Virus record (IMG/VR): IMGVR_UViG_3300002835_000001
Span: 224,001 to 288,000 of that record
Direction: 5' to 3' (one strand)
DNA: 64,000 bases
From: a virus
Lineage: Duplodnaviria > Caudoviricetes
The notes under the pieces are model-generated. The model did no database searches and had not been told where the DNA came from. It saw only the letters and a list, made by a program, of their open reading frames with translations. Both the position numbers and the translations under genes were made by a program. Below, piece after piece: positions 19,247 through 28,644 of the stretch. Every line of letters starts with the position of its first letter. Position 1 is the first letter of the stretch.

Positions 19247-21265
19247 ATGGCAGTAGATTTTTTTGAAGACGGACCAACGACAAACCCTAAAAGGGGACGT
19301 AAAGGTTCAACCACCCCAATCTTAGATAATTTTTCTCGCGATTTAATTAAACTCGCGGAAGAAGGAAAGATTGACCCTGTAGTGGGAAGGGATAAAGAAG
19401 TGAGAAGAATCGCACAAATTCTTTCTCGTAAAAAGAAAAATAATGCAGTTGTTGTTGGAGAGGCTGGTGTTGGTAAATCAGCATTAGTTGAAAAACTCGC
19501 ATTAATGATTGTAAAAGGAGATTGTCCCACAAATCTACTTGACAAAAGAATTGTCTCTTTAGATTTAACCTCTTTAGTTGCGGGAACAAAATATCGAGGA
19601 CAATTTGAAGAGAGGATTAAAGCAATCTTAAATGAATTACAAGAGGCACACAATGTTATTGTATTCATCGATGAGTTACACACAATGGTAGGTGCAGGAA
19701 ATGCCAGTGGAGCAATGGATGCGGCTAATATTATGAAACCCGCATTAGCTAGAGGAGAGATTCAATGTATCGGTGCAACCACATTCGATGAATTTAAGAA
19801 ACACATTGAAAAAGATTCTGCTTTAGTTAGAAGATTTCAAAAAGTAATTTTAAAAGAACCAACTCAATCGGAAACCATTGAAATTTTAAATAACCTCAAA
19901 ACTTCATATGAAGATTTCCATAAAGTACAATATGAGGATGGTGTGATTGACACGATTGTTAAATTATCGGGTCGTTATATTACTGATAGACAATTTCCCG
20001 ATAAGGCTATTGATGTTATTGACGAGTTAGGATCTGAAAAAAGGATTTCATTACGTGCTCCCGATACAATTGAAAAATTAAAAGGTCAAGCTGATGAGAT
20101 TAAAGAAAAAAAGATTCTTGTTGTTAAAAATCAGAATTACGAACAAGCGGCAAAACTTAGAGATGAAGAAAGAAAAATTTTAGATAAACTTGAGGTTGAG
20201 AAGTCCAAGTGGATGGAAAAACAAAAGGATAATAAAATTCCTGTTTCTATTGATGATGTTTATACTATTGTATCTGAAATGACGGGTGTACCAATCACTA
20301 AATTAGATTCTAACGAAACTAAAAAGTTATTAAAGATGGAAACCCTATTATCAGAAAAGGTTATTGGTCAAGATGAAGCAATATTAAGCATCTCAAAAGC
20401 AATTAGACGTAATCGTGTGGGAATTAAAGATGCCAACAAACCAATCGGTTCATTTATTTTCTTAGGTTCCACAGGTGTCGGTAAAACACATTTAGCTAAG
20501 TCCCTTGCGAATTTATTATTTGGTGATCCCGATAAAATCATTCGTGTTGATATGAGTGAATTTATGGATAGACACAATGTATCCAAATTAATCGGTTCTC
20601 CTCCGGGTTATGTTGGTTATGATGAAGGAGGTCAATTAACTGAAAAGGTTAAGAATAATCCTTTCTCCGTTATCTTATTTGATGAAATTGAAAAGGCACA
20701 TAAAGATATCTTCAATTTATTATTACAAATTTTAGATGAAGGTCATTTAACCGATTCATTTGGTAGAAAAGTTAATTTTACTAATTGTTTGATTATCATG
20801 ACATCTAATATCGGTGCTAAAAAAGTATCTGAGTTTGGTGGTGGTGTTGGTTTCAGTACTTCATCAAGTGAAACACAAAAATATGAAGTGAAGAAAACTA
20901 TGATTCAAAAATCATTGAAGCAACAATTTAATCCCGAATTTTTAAATCGTATTGATGATATTGTCTTGTTTAACTCGTTAAATGAAGAATCACTAAAGAA
21001 AATTATTGATATTGAAATTGGTAAGTTAAATTCCCGTTTAGTAGATAAAAATTACATTGTTACGTTTGATAAAACTGTTATCGATAAAATTTTTGAATTA
21101 AACACTCAAGAAGAATACGGAGCGAGACCTTTGAAACGTATCATTCAAAATTTATGTGAAGATTTCTTAAGTGAGGAAATCTTAAAGGGTAATATTATTG
21201 AGAATTTACCGATTATTTTAAAATATAAAAACGAAAAATTAACAATTGTGAAAAAAATGTTATAA
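19247..21265 (+). CDS. ClpC/ClpB-family AAA+ ATPase lacking the N-terminal Clp repeat domain; probable start 19247
   Basis: DPVVGRDKE, GEAGVGKS, FIDELH, UVR-like middle domain NYEQAAKLRD, GSTGVGKT, FDEIEKAH, GARPL. Confidence 0.95.
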   Translation: MAVDFFEDGPTTNPKRGRKGSTTPILDNFSRDLIKLAEEGKIDPVVGRDKEVRRIAQILSRKKKNNAVVVGEAGVGKSALVEKLALMIVKGDCPTNLLDKRIVSLDLTSLVAGTKYRGQFEERIKAILNELQEAHNVIVFIDELHTMVGAGNASGAMDAANIMKPALARGEIQCIGATTFDEFKKHIEKDSALVRRFQKVILKEPTQSETIEILNNLKTSYEDFHKVQYEDGVIDTIVKLSGRYITDRQFPDKAIDVIDELGSEKRISLRAPDTIEKLKGQADEIKEKKILVVKNQNYEQAAKLRDEERKILDKLEVEKSKWMEKQKDNKIPVSIDDVYTIVSEMTGVPITKLDSNETKKLLKMETLLSEKVIGQDEAILSISKAIRRNRVGIKDANKPIGSFIFLGSTGVGKTHLAKSLANLLFGDPDKIIRVDMSEFMDRHNVSKLIGSPPGYVGYDEGGQLTEKVKNNPFSVILFDEIEKAHKDIFNLLLQILDEGHLTDSFGRKVNFTNCLIIMTSNIGAKKVSEFGGGVGFSTSSSETQKYEVKKTMIQKSLKQQFNPEFLNRIDDIVLFNSLNEESLKKIIDIEIGKLNSRLVDKNYIVTFDKTVIDKIFELNTQEEYGARPLKRIIQNLCEDFLSEEILKGNIIENLPIILKYKNEKLTIVKKML

Positions 21266-21304
21266 ATACTTTACTTTTACTCAAAGTTATATATATTTAT
21301 ATCA

Positions 21305-21376
21305 ATGAAGGTTCTCTTTGTCGATTACCTTTTCGTTTTTTATAAGTAAGTGGGGTTGAACCCACCGAAAGACCTT
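21305..21376. ncRNA. Candidate structured small RNA (element B)
   Basis: Intergenic; AAGGT/ACCTT closing stem; GTGGG-gttga-ACCCAC hairpin; shares sequence blocks with 45125-45207. Confidence 0.4.
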
Positions 21377-21406
21377 AAACCCCAACAACTCGTTGGGGTT
21401 TTTTTT
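21377..21406 (+). terminator. Intrinsic terminator
   Basis: AAACCCCAAC-aactc-GTTGGGGTTT followed by T-run. Confidence 0.85.
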
Positions 21407-21450
21407 ATTAAATTTTGCGTTACCAAATGTTTTTCGTATATTTACATTAT

Positions 21451-21630
21451 ATGAAAAAAGTAACATTTATTTTAGCTCTTGGTGTTGTATTAACACTATC
21501 AGCATGTGGTTCAGGGTCAACCTCAAAAGAAACAACTGACTCAACGGCAACTCAAGTAGATTCTACTTCAATTACCGCAACAGATTCAACAACTGCACAA
21601 ATTCCAGCAGACAGTTCAGCTGTAAAATAA
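21451..21630 (+). CDS. Small Ser/Thr-rich lipoprotein
   Basis: Lipobox LSA-C; TDST repeats; start reassigned to MKKVTF. Confidence 0.75.
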   Translation: MKKVTFILALGVVLTLSACGSGSTSKETTDSTATQVDSTSITATDSTTAQIPADSSAVK

Positions 21631-21690
21631 GAATTAGGGGTCGGATTAATCTTCGACCCCCATTTTTAATTTTTTTTAAATCTCTCTCCA

Positions 21691-22119
21691 ATGGATACAA
21701 ATACAGAAAAACAAGGTGATTTAATACTTCTTAGAGGTGTTCCGGGTTCGGGTAAAACAACATTCGCTAATGTTATATTACAACAACCAAATAACAACCC
21801 ACAAGAAATATTGTCTGCGGATGATTTTTTTGAGGGTGAAAATGGTGAATATAATTTTGACCCAACAAAATTAAAAGAAGCTCACAACTATTGTCAATTT
21901 AGGTGTTCCGAAAGAATGAGACAACAAAAGGTGAGAATTGTGGTTGCAAATACATTTACACAAGAATGGGAAATGGATGAATATTTTAAAATGGCCGAAA
22001 GGTACAATTATAGAGTTCATACAATAATTGTAGAGAATAGACATGGTAATGAAAATATTCACGGAGTTCCAAAAGATAAACTTCAACAAATGAAGAATAG
22101 GTTTGAAATTAAATTATAG
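21691..22119 (+). CDS. P-loop polynucleotide kinase-like protein (AAA_33/N4BP2-type)
   Basis: LLRGVPGSGKTT, SADDFF, IVVANTF, HGVP motifs. Confidence 0.85.
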   Translation: MDTNTEKQGDLILLRGVPGSGKTTFANVILQQPNNNPQEILSADDFFEGENGEYNFDPTKLKEAHNYCQFRCSERMRQQKVRIVVANTFTQEWEMDEYFKMAERYNYRVHTIIVENRHGNENIHGVPKDKLQQMKNRFEIKL

Positions 22120-22186
22120 ATGAGTCAATTTATTGAATCTTTTACTAAGTCAATAAACCCACCACAAAAAACACCAATCAAAAATT

Positions 22187-23392
22187 GTGCTAACTACATT
22201 AGAAAAATATTACGAAAATGGTTTGTTACACAAACAAACCCACCCAAATCTTGACTTAACTATTTGGAATTATTCCCCAAAAGTTCAGTACGAAAGATTA
22301 TGGGATGAGATTACTTTGCAATGTCGTGGATTGGTAACCAACTCAAAAGGTGATATTGTTGCAAGACCATTTAAGAAATTTTTTAACTACGAGGAACATA
22401 AACCAGAAGATATCCCTAATGAAGATTATGTTGTCTATGAAAAAATGGATGGTTCGTTAGGTATTCTCTTTTATTACAAATATGAATTAAGTGAAGAGAG
22501 AAGATATAATATATGGTTTAATAACAATTATGAAACAGGTATGGAAAGGTTCTTTGACCCTAACAATTTACCTGATTACGATAATCCATATTATGACCCA
22601 ACACCAAAAACAAAAGGTGAATGGATATTAGCAACTCGAGGTTCGTTTACATCACCACAAGCAATTAAAGGAAAAGAAATACTTGACAGACACGATATTA
22701 GTGCGTGGAGAAAAGACAACACATATTTGTTTGAGATTATTTATCCTGAAAATAGAATTGTGGTTGATTATAAAGGAGAAGAAAAATTAGTTGTCCTTGG
22801 AGCTATTCATACTGAAACTGGTGAAGAAATACCCGATAGTAGTTTGTTTTGGACACAGGACTCGGGTTTTGAAGTTGTGATGACATATAAAACTTGGGGT
22901 GAAACATACGACTTATTAAAAGAAGAAATATCTAAAGATAAAGAAGGTTACGTAATAAAATTCAAGAATGGTTTCCGAATGAAAATAAAAGGAGATGAAT
23001 ATGTTAGACTTCACAAAATTCTAACTAACATATCTAATCGTGACATATGGGAATATCTAAAAGATAATAAACCATTTGATGAGTTACTTGAAAAGGTTCC
23101 AGATGAATTTAATGATTGGGTTAAAACCACAATCAGAGATTTAAAATACGCATGTTATCAATTAAGAGAACGAGCGGGTAAATTACATGATGGTTTTAGA
23201 TATGGGAAATTTGGTGACAGAGACCCTGAACCATCTAAAAAAGAATTTGCTGAATTTGTAAATAAACAACAAAAAGTTTTACATGCAATTATGTTCGCAA
23301 TGTGGAATGGAAATAATCAAAAAGTTGACGACATAATTTGGAAAATAGTTAAACCGGAATATTCAAAACCATTTAAGAAAGATGAAAACTGA
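22187..23392 (+). CDS. RNA ligase, T4 Rnl1-like
   Basis: CRGLV..ARPF.KFFN, motif I EKMDGSL, FEII, EGYVIK, MKIK; GTG start. Confidence 0.92.
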   Translation: MLTTLEKYYENGLLHKQTHPNLDLTIWNYSPKVQYERLWDEITLQCRGLVTNSKGDIVARPFKKFFNYEEHKPEDIPNEDYVVYEKMDGSLGILFYYKYELSEERRYNIWFNNNYETGMERFFDPNNLPDYDNPYYDPTPKTKGEWILATRGSFTSPQAIKGKEILDRHDISAWRKDNTYLFEIIYPENRIVVDYKGEEKLVVLGAIHTETGEEIPDSSLFWTQDSGFEVVMTYKTWGETYDLLKEEISKDKEGYVIKFKNGFRMKIKGDEYVRLHKILTNISNRDIWEYLKDNKPFDELLEKVPDEFNDWVKTTIRDLKYACYQLRERAGKLHDGFRYGKFGDRDPEPSKKEFAEFVNKQQKVLHAIMFAMWNGNNQKVDDIIWKIVKPEYSKPFKKDEN

Positions 23393-23867
23393 GAAAAAAA
23401 GATTATACTTAGACGATGTTAGAACACCAATTGGAACTGATTGGGTTATTGTAAGAAATTATGAACATTTTGTTTCTACCATTAGGCTATATGGATTAGA
23501 AAATTTTGATGTTATTTCGTTAGACCATGATTTAGGTGATGAGTCTATGGTTGAATACTATACAAATGTAAAAAATAATTATGTGTTAAATTATGACAAT
23601 ATAGTTGGTGAGAAAACGGGATATGATTGTTGTAAGTTTTTAGTGGCGGAAAGTATGAGTAAAAAAATACCTTTACCCCAAATTTATGTTCACTCCGCTA
23701 ATCCAATTGGTAGTGCTAATATGATGGGTTATATTAATAATTATTTAATGAATTGTAGTTTACCTCAAACCTGTATTAGAGTTAAAATTGAACACACAAT
23801 TGATACACCAATGGTACTCTCTCCCGAAGCTAGAAAAGCAAAATGGGATAGAAGTAACAAAAAATAA
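23382..23867 (+). CDS. Cyclic-phosphate-processing receiver-like domain protein (cREC)
   Basis: LYLDDVR, ISLDHDLG, TGYD, VHSANPIG. Confidence 0.8.
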   Translation: MKTEKKRLYLDDVRTPIGTDWVIVRNYEHFVSTIRLYGLENFDVISLDHDLGDESMVEYYTNVKNNYVLNYDNIVGEKTGYDCCKFLVAESMSKKIPLPQIYVHSANPIGSANMMGYINNYLMNCSLPQTCIRVKIEHTIDTPMVLSPEARKAKWDRSNKK

Positions 23868-23918
23868 TTTTTTTATTCCGAATTATTATTTATCTTTATA
23901 ACCTTAAACAAAATAATC

Positions 23919-24269
23919 ATGTCATACACATCAAAAACAAAAACACCCTACAAAACAATGCACATTAAAGGTAAGTATACCGATTTTAATGACTTTTATG
24001 ACATTAATAAGCAATCGATATATGAAAACATTGTCGAGGTCTTTAAAGGGTTTAAAGAAACCAAAAAACGTGTTCTGTCCCTATATGTTCAGGCTATCAT
24101 TCAAGGTTTAGAATGGGACACAGAATTTAAGTTTAATAGAAACGAAACAATCGTATTATCTAGAGATGTTATTCCTTTTTTTGAGAGCATCGAAGATTAC
24201 GAAAAATGTGCTGAAATAAAAAATTTATACGAAGACTTGACTAATGAAAAAATATTAGTTACAATTTAA
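23919..24269 (+). CDS. Hypothetical protein with C-terminal UVR-like motif
   Basis: IEDYEKCAEIKNL. Confidence 0.6.
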   Translation: MSYTSKTKTPYKTMHIKGKYTDFNDFYDINKQSIYENIVEVFKGFKETKKRVLSLYVQAIIQGLEWDTEFKFNRNETIVLSRDVIPFFESIEDYEKCAEIKNLYEDLTNEKILVTI

Positions 24270-24305
24270 ATGTATCAGGAGAGAGGTACATTTATTTTTG
24301 TCATG

Positions 24306-24338
24306 TCCCCGTTGGTTTTTATCAATGGGGATTTTTTT
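24306..24338. terminator. Terminator between convergent genes
   Basis: TCCCCGTTG-gttttta-TCAATGGGGA followed by T-run. Confidence 0.7.
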
Positions 24339-25893
24339 ATAACATCATTCTTGACCCAATAAGAAAATTACTTAAGAATGGGGAACCTGGTTTGGTATTA
24401 CCTCCCAATTTATAATTGAAACTAAATCCAAAACGTTTAGTTATTTTATAATCAAATGATGACCCCAATAAAAATCCCATATGTCTATTAACTGTCGTTT
24501 CTCCGTTTGTACTATTCCAAGCTATTGGTGAAAACATAGTAAACACCTGCGGTGATACTGTAAGTTTTTTTGAATAAACATATGGCTTCGTCCAAAATGC
24601 GATTGCTGAAGATGCTACATTATAATCATATCCTTTTCCATTATTAAGGAATAAATTAATGATACCAACATTATAACCAAATGTTCCTTTTTTAGGTGTT
24701 GGCTTAATCCAAGTATAACCTAACAAATTCATATAGTTACCAGCAAGATAAGCAAATGCTGTTCCATATGAATGTATCGCATCTAAATTACCATCTTTTT
24801 TCATTGCCATTTTAGTGTAACCACCCGTTAATACTATTTGACTTAAATCACTATTCACCACCATACCTGAACTATAACTTTCATCACCCGCCATAGATGA
24901 TTTACTTACACCCATTGATATCGATACCAAATATCTATTATCGGGCATTTGAGATGTTGTTAAGTCAGAAGACATTAATAGTGGATTTGTTACCTCATCT
25001 TTCTTCTTCTTTTCTTCCTCTTTCTTCTTCTTTTCTTCTTCTTTCTTTTTCTCCTCCTCTTTTTTGGTTTCTTCTTTCTTTTCTTCCGATTTCTTTTCCT
25101 CGGTTTTAGACTCCTCTTTTTTCTCTTCAGTTTTAGTTTCTGTTTTCTTTTCTTCTGTTTTACTTTCAGTTTTAGTTTCAGTTTTAGTTTCTTCTGTTTT
25201 AGTCTCGGTTTTAGTCTCGGTTTTAGTTTCTGACGATGATGAACCACCACTACTTGAAGATGATGAACCGCTACTTGATGAAGAACTACTTGCTGGTGGA
25301 GGTGATGAAGAACTACTTGCCGGTGGTGGAGTACTTACTGGTGGGGGCGTTGAAGCACTACTTGCGGCAGATGATGCCGCACCACTTGCTGCACCACTTG
25401 CAGATGAACTTGCGGCTGACGATGCTGCAGAACTCGCAGCTGACGATGCTGCTCCACTTGCAGATGAACTTGCGGCTGACGCAGCACTAGCCGCCGCAGC
25501 ATCTGATGCAGCTTTAGCCGCCGCAGCCGCCGCAGCATCTGATGCAGCTTTAGCCGCCGCAGCCGCCGCAGCATCTGCCGCCGCCCTTGCCGCAGCATCA
25601 GCCGCAGCCCTTGCTGCCGCTTGTTGAGCTAAGAAAATTGCATCGTCTTGTGTTGAACATGGTGTTGCAAATATACTATTAACCCATGTTTGAAACGCAC
25701 CACTACTGATATCTGCTAATGTTACAATTTTAGATTTACCTCTAATAACAGCAACGGTTGAGTTTTGTCCGAATGGAATAATAACCACATATACCTTTTG
25801 ATCACACGGATCAATATATGTTTGTGTTATGGTTTGACCAAACGACTCACTACAAAAAAATAATATTAGGAGAGAGATAATATATTTTTTCAT
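24337..25893 (-). CDS. Exported protein with long low-complexity linker and C-terminal beta-barrel-like region
   Basis: Signal peptide ..SFG/Q; Ala-, Ser-, TETK- and KEEE-rich segments; amphipathic strands in last ~210 aa. Confidence 0.7.
   Translation of the reverse strand: MKKYIISLLILFFCSESFGQTITQTYIDPCDQKVYVVIIPFGQNSTVAVIRGKSKIVTLADISSGAFQTWVNSIFATPCSTQDDAIFLAQQAAARAAADAAARAAADAAAAAAAKAASDAAAAAAAKAASDAAAASAASAASSSASGAASSAASSAASSAASSSASGAASGAASSAASSASTPPPVSTPPPASSSSSPPPASSSSSSSGSSSSSSGGSSSSETKTETKTETKTEETKTETKTESKTEEKKTETKTEEKKEESKTEEKKSEEKKEETKKEEEKKKEEEKKKKEEEKKKKDEVTNPLLMSSDLTTSQMPDNRYLVSISMGVSKSSMAGDESYSSGMVVNSDLSQIVLTGGYTKMAMKKDGNLDAIHSYGTAFAYLAGNYMNLLGYTWIKPTPKKGTFGYNVGIINLFLNNGKGYDYNVASSAIAFWTKPYVYSKKLTVSPQVFTMFSPIAWNSTNGETTVNRHMGFLLGSSFDYKITKRFGFSFNYKLGGNTKPGSPFLSNFLIGSRMML
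25060..25625 (-). repeat. Coding low-complexity tandem repeats (AAARAAADA, SSAASGA, TETK, KEEE)
   Basis: e.g. GCATCTGATGCAGCTTTAGCCGCCGCAGCCGCCGCA duplicated near 25498-25570; TTTTAGT(T/C)TC repeats. Confidence 0.8.
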
Positions 25894-25894
25894 T

Positions 25895-26734
25895 TTAAAA
25901 ATTAATACCTAAACCAAAAGTACCATTACTAATAATTGGGTCGTAATCCATTTTTATTGTAAAATTTTTATAATCATGTAAAGCCCCTATTTTTATTGTT
26001 GTAAAACGATTTGAATATTTTGGGAATGTTATGTAACCATCATCATCTTTTCCACGATATCTTACAATCTCGTTAACGTTACCCACCATAAAATGAACTC
26101 CCGTTCTTTTAACTCTTTTCCCAAAACCAACATAAAATGAGTTTAATTTAACTAAATCATCAACAAGTGGAAAATCAACGAGGTCTAATCTTCCATGTGG
26201 ATAAAAAGTTGACCTATCATGTGTGAAATTATATTCTGTTATGAAATATCCTTTGTTACCAATTGTAAAGAATCCACCAATTTGTCTATCTGTTGTTTTT
26301 TGAATACCAAAACTTATGATAGGTTTTTTTCCTCTAATAGTATCTCTATTACCATTATCATAAACATAAATTCTTGCAGGTTGTCTGTAACCCCAATCGT
26401 TCCAATATGGCATTGGAGACCAATAATTCCACCCAAAATTAGGTGCTCCCCACATGTCCCATCTATTCCATCCCCAATTGTTCCACCCCTGTCCATAGTT
26501 ATTCCAATATGGGTCTCTGATTACTATATTTGAACCTCGTCTTGGTTGTGGTTGTGATTCTTGTGGTGGATTGTTTCTCCAACTACTCACATTGTTTTGT
26601 TGTGGTATGGATGGTTGAACTCTTGTTTGAGTTGATTGTGTCTGTGATTGTGTAGGTGGGTTACTTCTCCAAGTTGATATTTGACCAAATAGAAGTGTTG
26701 GTATGAATGTTAAAAATACTAATAGAGTCTTCAT
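25895..26734 (-). CDS. Exported protein, putative small outer-membrane beta-barrel with Q/P/W/N-rich N-terminal segment
   Basis: Signal ..LFG/Q; terminal GLGINF beta-signal-like end. Confidence 0.7.
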   Translation of the reverse strand: MKTLLVFLTFIPTLLFGQISTWRSNPPTQSQTQSTQTRVQPSIPQQNNVSSWRNNPPQESQPQPRRGSNIVIRDPYWNNYGQGWNNWGWNRWDMWGAPNFGWNYWSPMPYWNDWGYRQPARIYVYDNGNRDTIRGKKPIISFGIQKTTDRQIGGFFTIGNKGYFITEYNFTHDRSTFYPHGRLDLVDFPLVDDLVKLNSFYVGFGKRVKRTGVHFMVGNVNEIVRYRGKDDDGYITFPKYSNRFTTIKIGALHDYKNFTIKMDYDPIISNGTFGLGINF

Positions 26735-26756
26735 AAGTTTGTTTTTATATAAATAT

Positions 26757-26788
26757 AAAAAAAGGGGGTATTACACCCCCTTTTTTTT
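26757..26788. terminator. Intrinsic terminator
   Basis: A7-GGGGGT-att-ACACCCCC-T8. Confidence 0.75.
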
Positions 26789-26810
26789 ATCTTAACTCAT
26801 TAAAATATGT

Positions 26811-27533
26811 TTATTTTGTAAAAATTCCCTTTTTAATCATTCTATCAAGAATGTTAGCACAAGCAATATCTAAAGCTTTTTTGGTTGCAGTACTAATTGT
26901 TGATTGGTTGAATTTAATTGGGTCAATCGTTGCGTCAGACAAAAGAGTTAATTCTCTTTTTGTTGTTGCCTCACCTAAACCCGATCCACCAAATACAACA
27001 CCAGTTTCCGCGTTTGTAAATCTAACTTGAAGACCAATACGAGTTACCATATTATCTTGTACACCATTTTTAAGGTTCACAGTTTCATCTTCAGATACCG
27101 AGTAGTCATAACACTCAATGGTTACAAAATACTCAGCCAAATTGATTTTACCACGTCCGTCTAACTTATTCTCAGAAATTCCGGATTGAGATGCTTGAAA
27201 TTGTTTTACCATACGATTCTTAATTTCTGTCTTGTCTTCAGTAAATTTGAATCTGTTTAAGTTTTCAAGATATTCCATAGATATATTTGCAACACCCAAA
27301 CCAACACGTTTTTCTTTTAATTCAGGATACATCTCATACATCTCATCAGAAATGCCCGCCTTTAATATTTGAATTGGAATTTGAGGACCATCGTAGTCCA
27401 TGTAAGCACTTATATCTCTTTTCTTTTCGAAGTCCGCCTTATAGTCTTCCGTTTTAGTTTTACCTATTGTTTGTCCGTTAACGACAACAGCGCTTAGTAA
27501 AAAAACACTTAATAATGTTAATAATTTTTTCAT
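26811..27533 (-). CDS. CsgG/HfaB-family protein
   Basis: L...NRF..TE, G.I.LAEYFV...YDYS, IGLQVRF.NAETG.V..G.G.GE, KKALD pattern; signal ..VNG/Q. Confidence 0.7.
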   Translation of the reverse strand: MKKLLTLLSVFLLSAVVVNGQTIGKTKTEDYKADFEKKRDISAYMDYDGPQIPIQILKAGISDEMYEMYPELKEKRVGLGVANISMEYLENLNRFKFTEDKTEIKNRMVKQFQASQSGISENKLDGRGKINLAEYFVTIECYDYSVSEDETVNLKNGVQDNMVTRIGLQVRFTNAETGVVFGGSGLGEATTKRELTLLSDATIDPIKFNQSTISTATKKALDIACANILDRMIKKGIFTK

Positions 27534-27546
27534 ACATCTTATTTTA

Positions 27547-27807
27547 TTAACCTTCTAATTCTTCTTCTTTCTTTTTGTGAGAGAATTTATCCAAAGTATC
27601 GGCACCCATTCCAATTCCCGTTATTAACATCACTGCATTTACCAATTCAGGTGATGGAGCAAAATCCGCGTGAGAGAACGAATTTAATACCATTGTAACA
27701 CATAGGAACATTGCACCTACCATTGCTATTACCGGCTTAACCGATATTGATCCCCTTTCATCTTTGAAAAGTTCGATAACCCATTCTTTAAATTTCATTT
27801 TTGTCAA
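27547..27807 (-). CDS. Small two-TM membrane protein
   Basis: Two hydrophobic helices, basic/acidic tail; holin-like topology. Confidence 0.65.
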   Translation of the reverse strand: MTKMKFKEWVIELFKDERGSISVKPVIAMVGAMFLCVTMVLNSFSHADFAPSPELVNAVMLITGIGMGADTLDKFSHKKKEEELEG

Positions 27808-27826
27808 TTTTTAATTTATATTTATT

Positions 27827-28456
27827 TTATCCTTCCATGTGCATTTCTGCATTTTCATCTTTTATTTTACCACACTTTAAACATTCCTCAATCCCATCTC
27901 CGTCTAAGTCACCCCAAACGTGATCACATTGTCTATGTGCAAAATACATATCAATTTTGCCATCCCCGTCGAAATCTATACCATCCATTATACCATCACC
28001 ATCTTCATCAACTTCAATACCTGTTCTTGGTTGAACGGTTGGTACTTGTTCAAACGTATCATTTACCTTTTCGGTTTTTGAATTCTCAATAGCTGTTTGA
28101 AACGATTCTGGAATTAGTGGAGTATTGTTTGGTGGAGTTACAGGTAAATCGGCGGTATTGCTTAACGCCGTACCATCTTCCTCATCCATTTTCTGAACTA
28201 ACATCTTATCCTTATCCGTATCACTAAACCAATAGTCAATAATTTTACCATAAGAACCAATAAAGGCTCCCAATAATAATAGAAGAAGTTCTTTCCATTC
28301 TCCTTCTATTGCCGATTTATTTAATATAGCGAAGAACATTCCTCCTATAATAAACATAAATCCACCCAATACTAATGCGGTGATGTACCATCTTCTGGCC
28401 ATCATATTACTTAATAAATCTTTAAATCCACTTGGTGTTTCTTTATTTTCCGCCAT
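27827..28456 (-). CDS. Two-TM protein with Ca-binding-like DxDGDG repeats and C-terminal CxH..CxxC
   Basis: DEDGDG, DFDGDG, DLDGDG; CDH..CLKC. Confidence 0.7.
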   Translation of the reverse strand: MAENKETPSGFKDLLSNMMARRWYITALVLGGFMFIIGGMFFAILNKSAIEGEWKELLLLLLGAFIGSYGKIIDYWFSDTDKDKMLVQKMDEEDGTALSNTADLPVTPPNNTPLIPESFQTAIENSKTEKVNDTFEQVPTVQPRTGIEVDEDGDGIMDGIDFDGDGKIDMYFAHRQCDHVWGDLDGDGIEECLKCGKIKDENAEMHMEG

Positions 28457-28476
28457 ATTACTTATTTTTTTTTAAT

Positions 28477-28635
28477 TTATGGTCTATTCCAAGACCATCC
28501 TTTTTTTCTACCTCTTATTACTAAATAACTACAACCCCCAATAAAAAATGTTAAAAACATCAATGGAGAATTAAATACAAACATAGCTATCATGCATAAT
28601 ACAATTACTGCTATAAAACTTAATCCTTGTTCCAT
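28477..28635 (-). CDS. 52-aa hydrophobic membrane peptide, not in the ORF track
   Basis: Hand translation MEQGLSFIAVIVLCMIAMFVFNSPLMFLTFFIGGCSYLVIRGRKKGWSWNRP fills the gap between co-oriented genes. Confidence 0.6.
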   Translation of the reverse strand: MEQGLSFIAVIVLCMIAMFVFNSPLMFLTFFIGGCSYLVIRGRKKGWSWNRP

Positions 28636-28644
28636 TTTAATTTT

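Noticed and set aside
21305-21376. Hammerhead or HDV-like (theta) ribozyme
   Set aside because: No CUGAUGA core, and the TTTTCGT segment lacks the P3 partner needed for an HDV fold. The element is kept only as an unclassified RNA candidate.
22120-22194. 24-codon ORF between kinase and ligase
   Set aside because: No features; it may only couple translation, and coding status cannot be supported.
25060-25625. Possible CRISPR array
   Set aside because: The repeats are in-frame coding repeats with no unique spacers; I saw no array or cas gene in the window.
25064-25627. Long alternative-frame ORFs over the repeat region (25064, 24990, 25236, 25335)
   Set aside because: These are shadows of low-complexity codons lacking stops.
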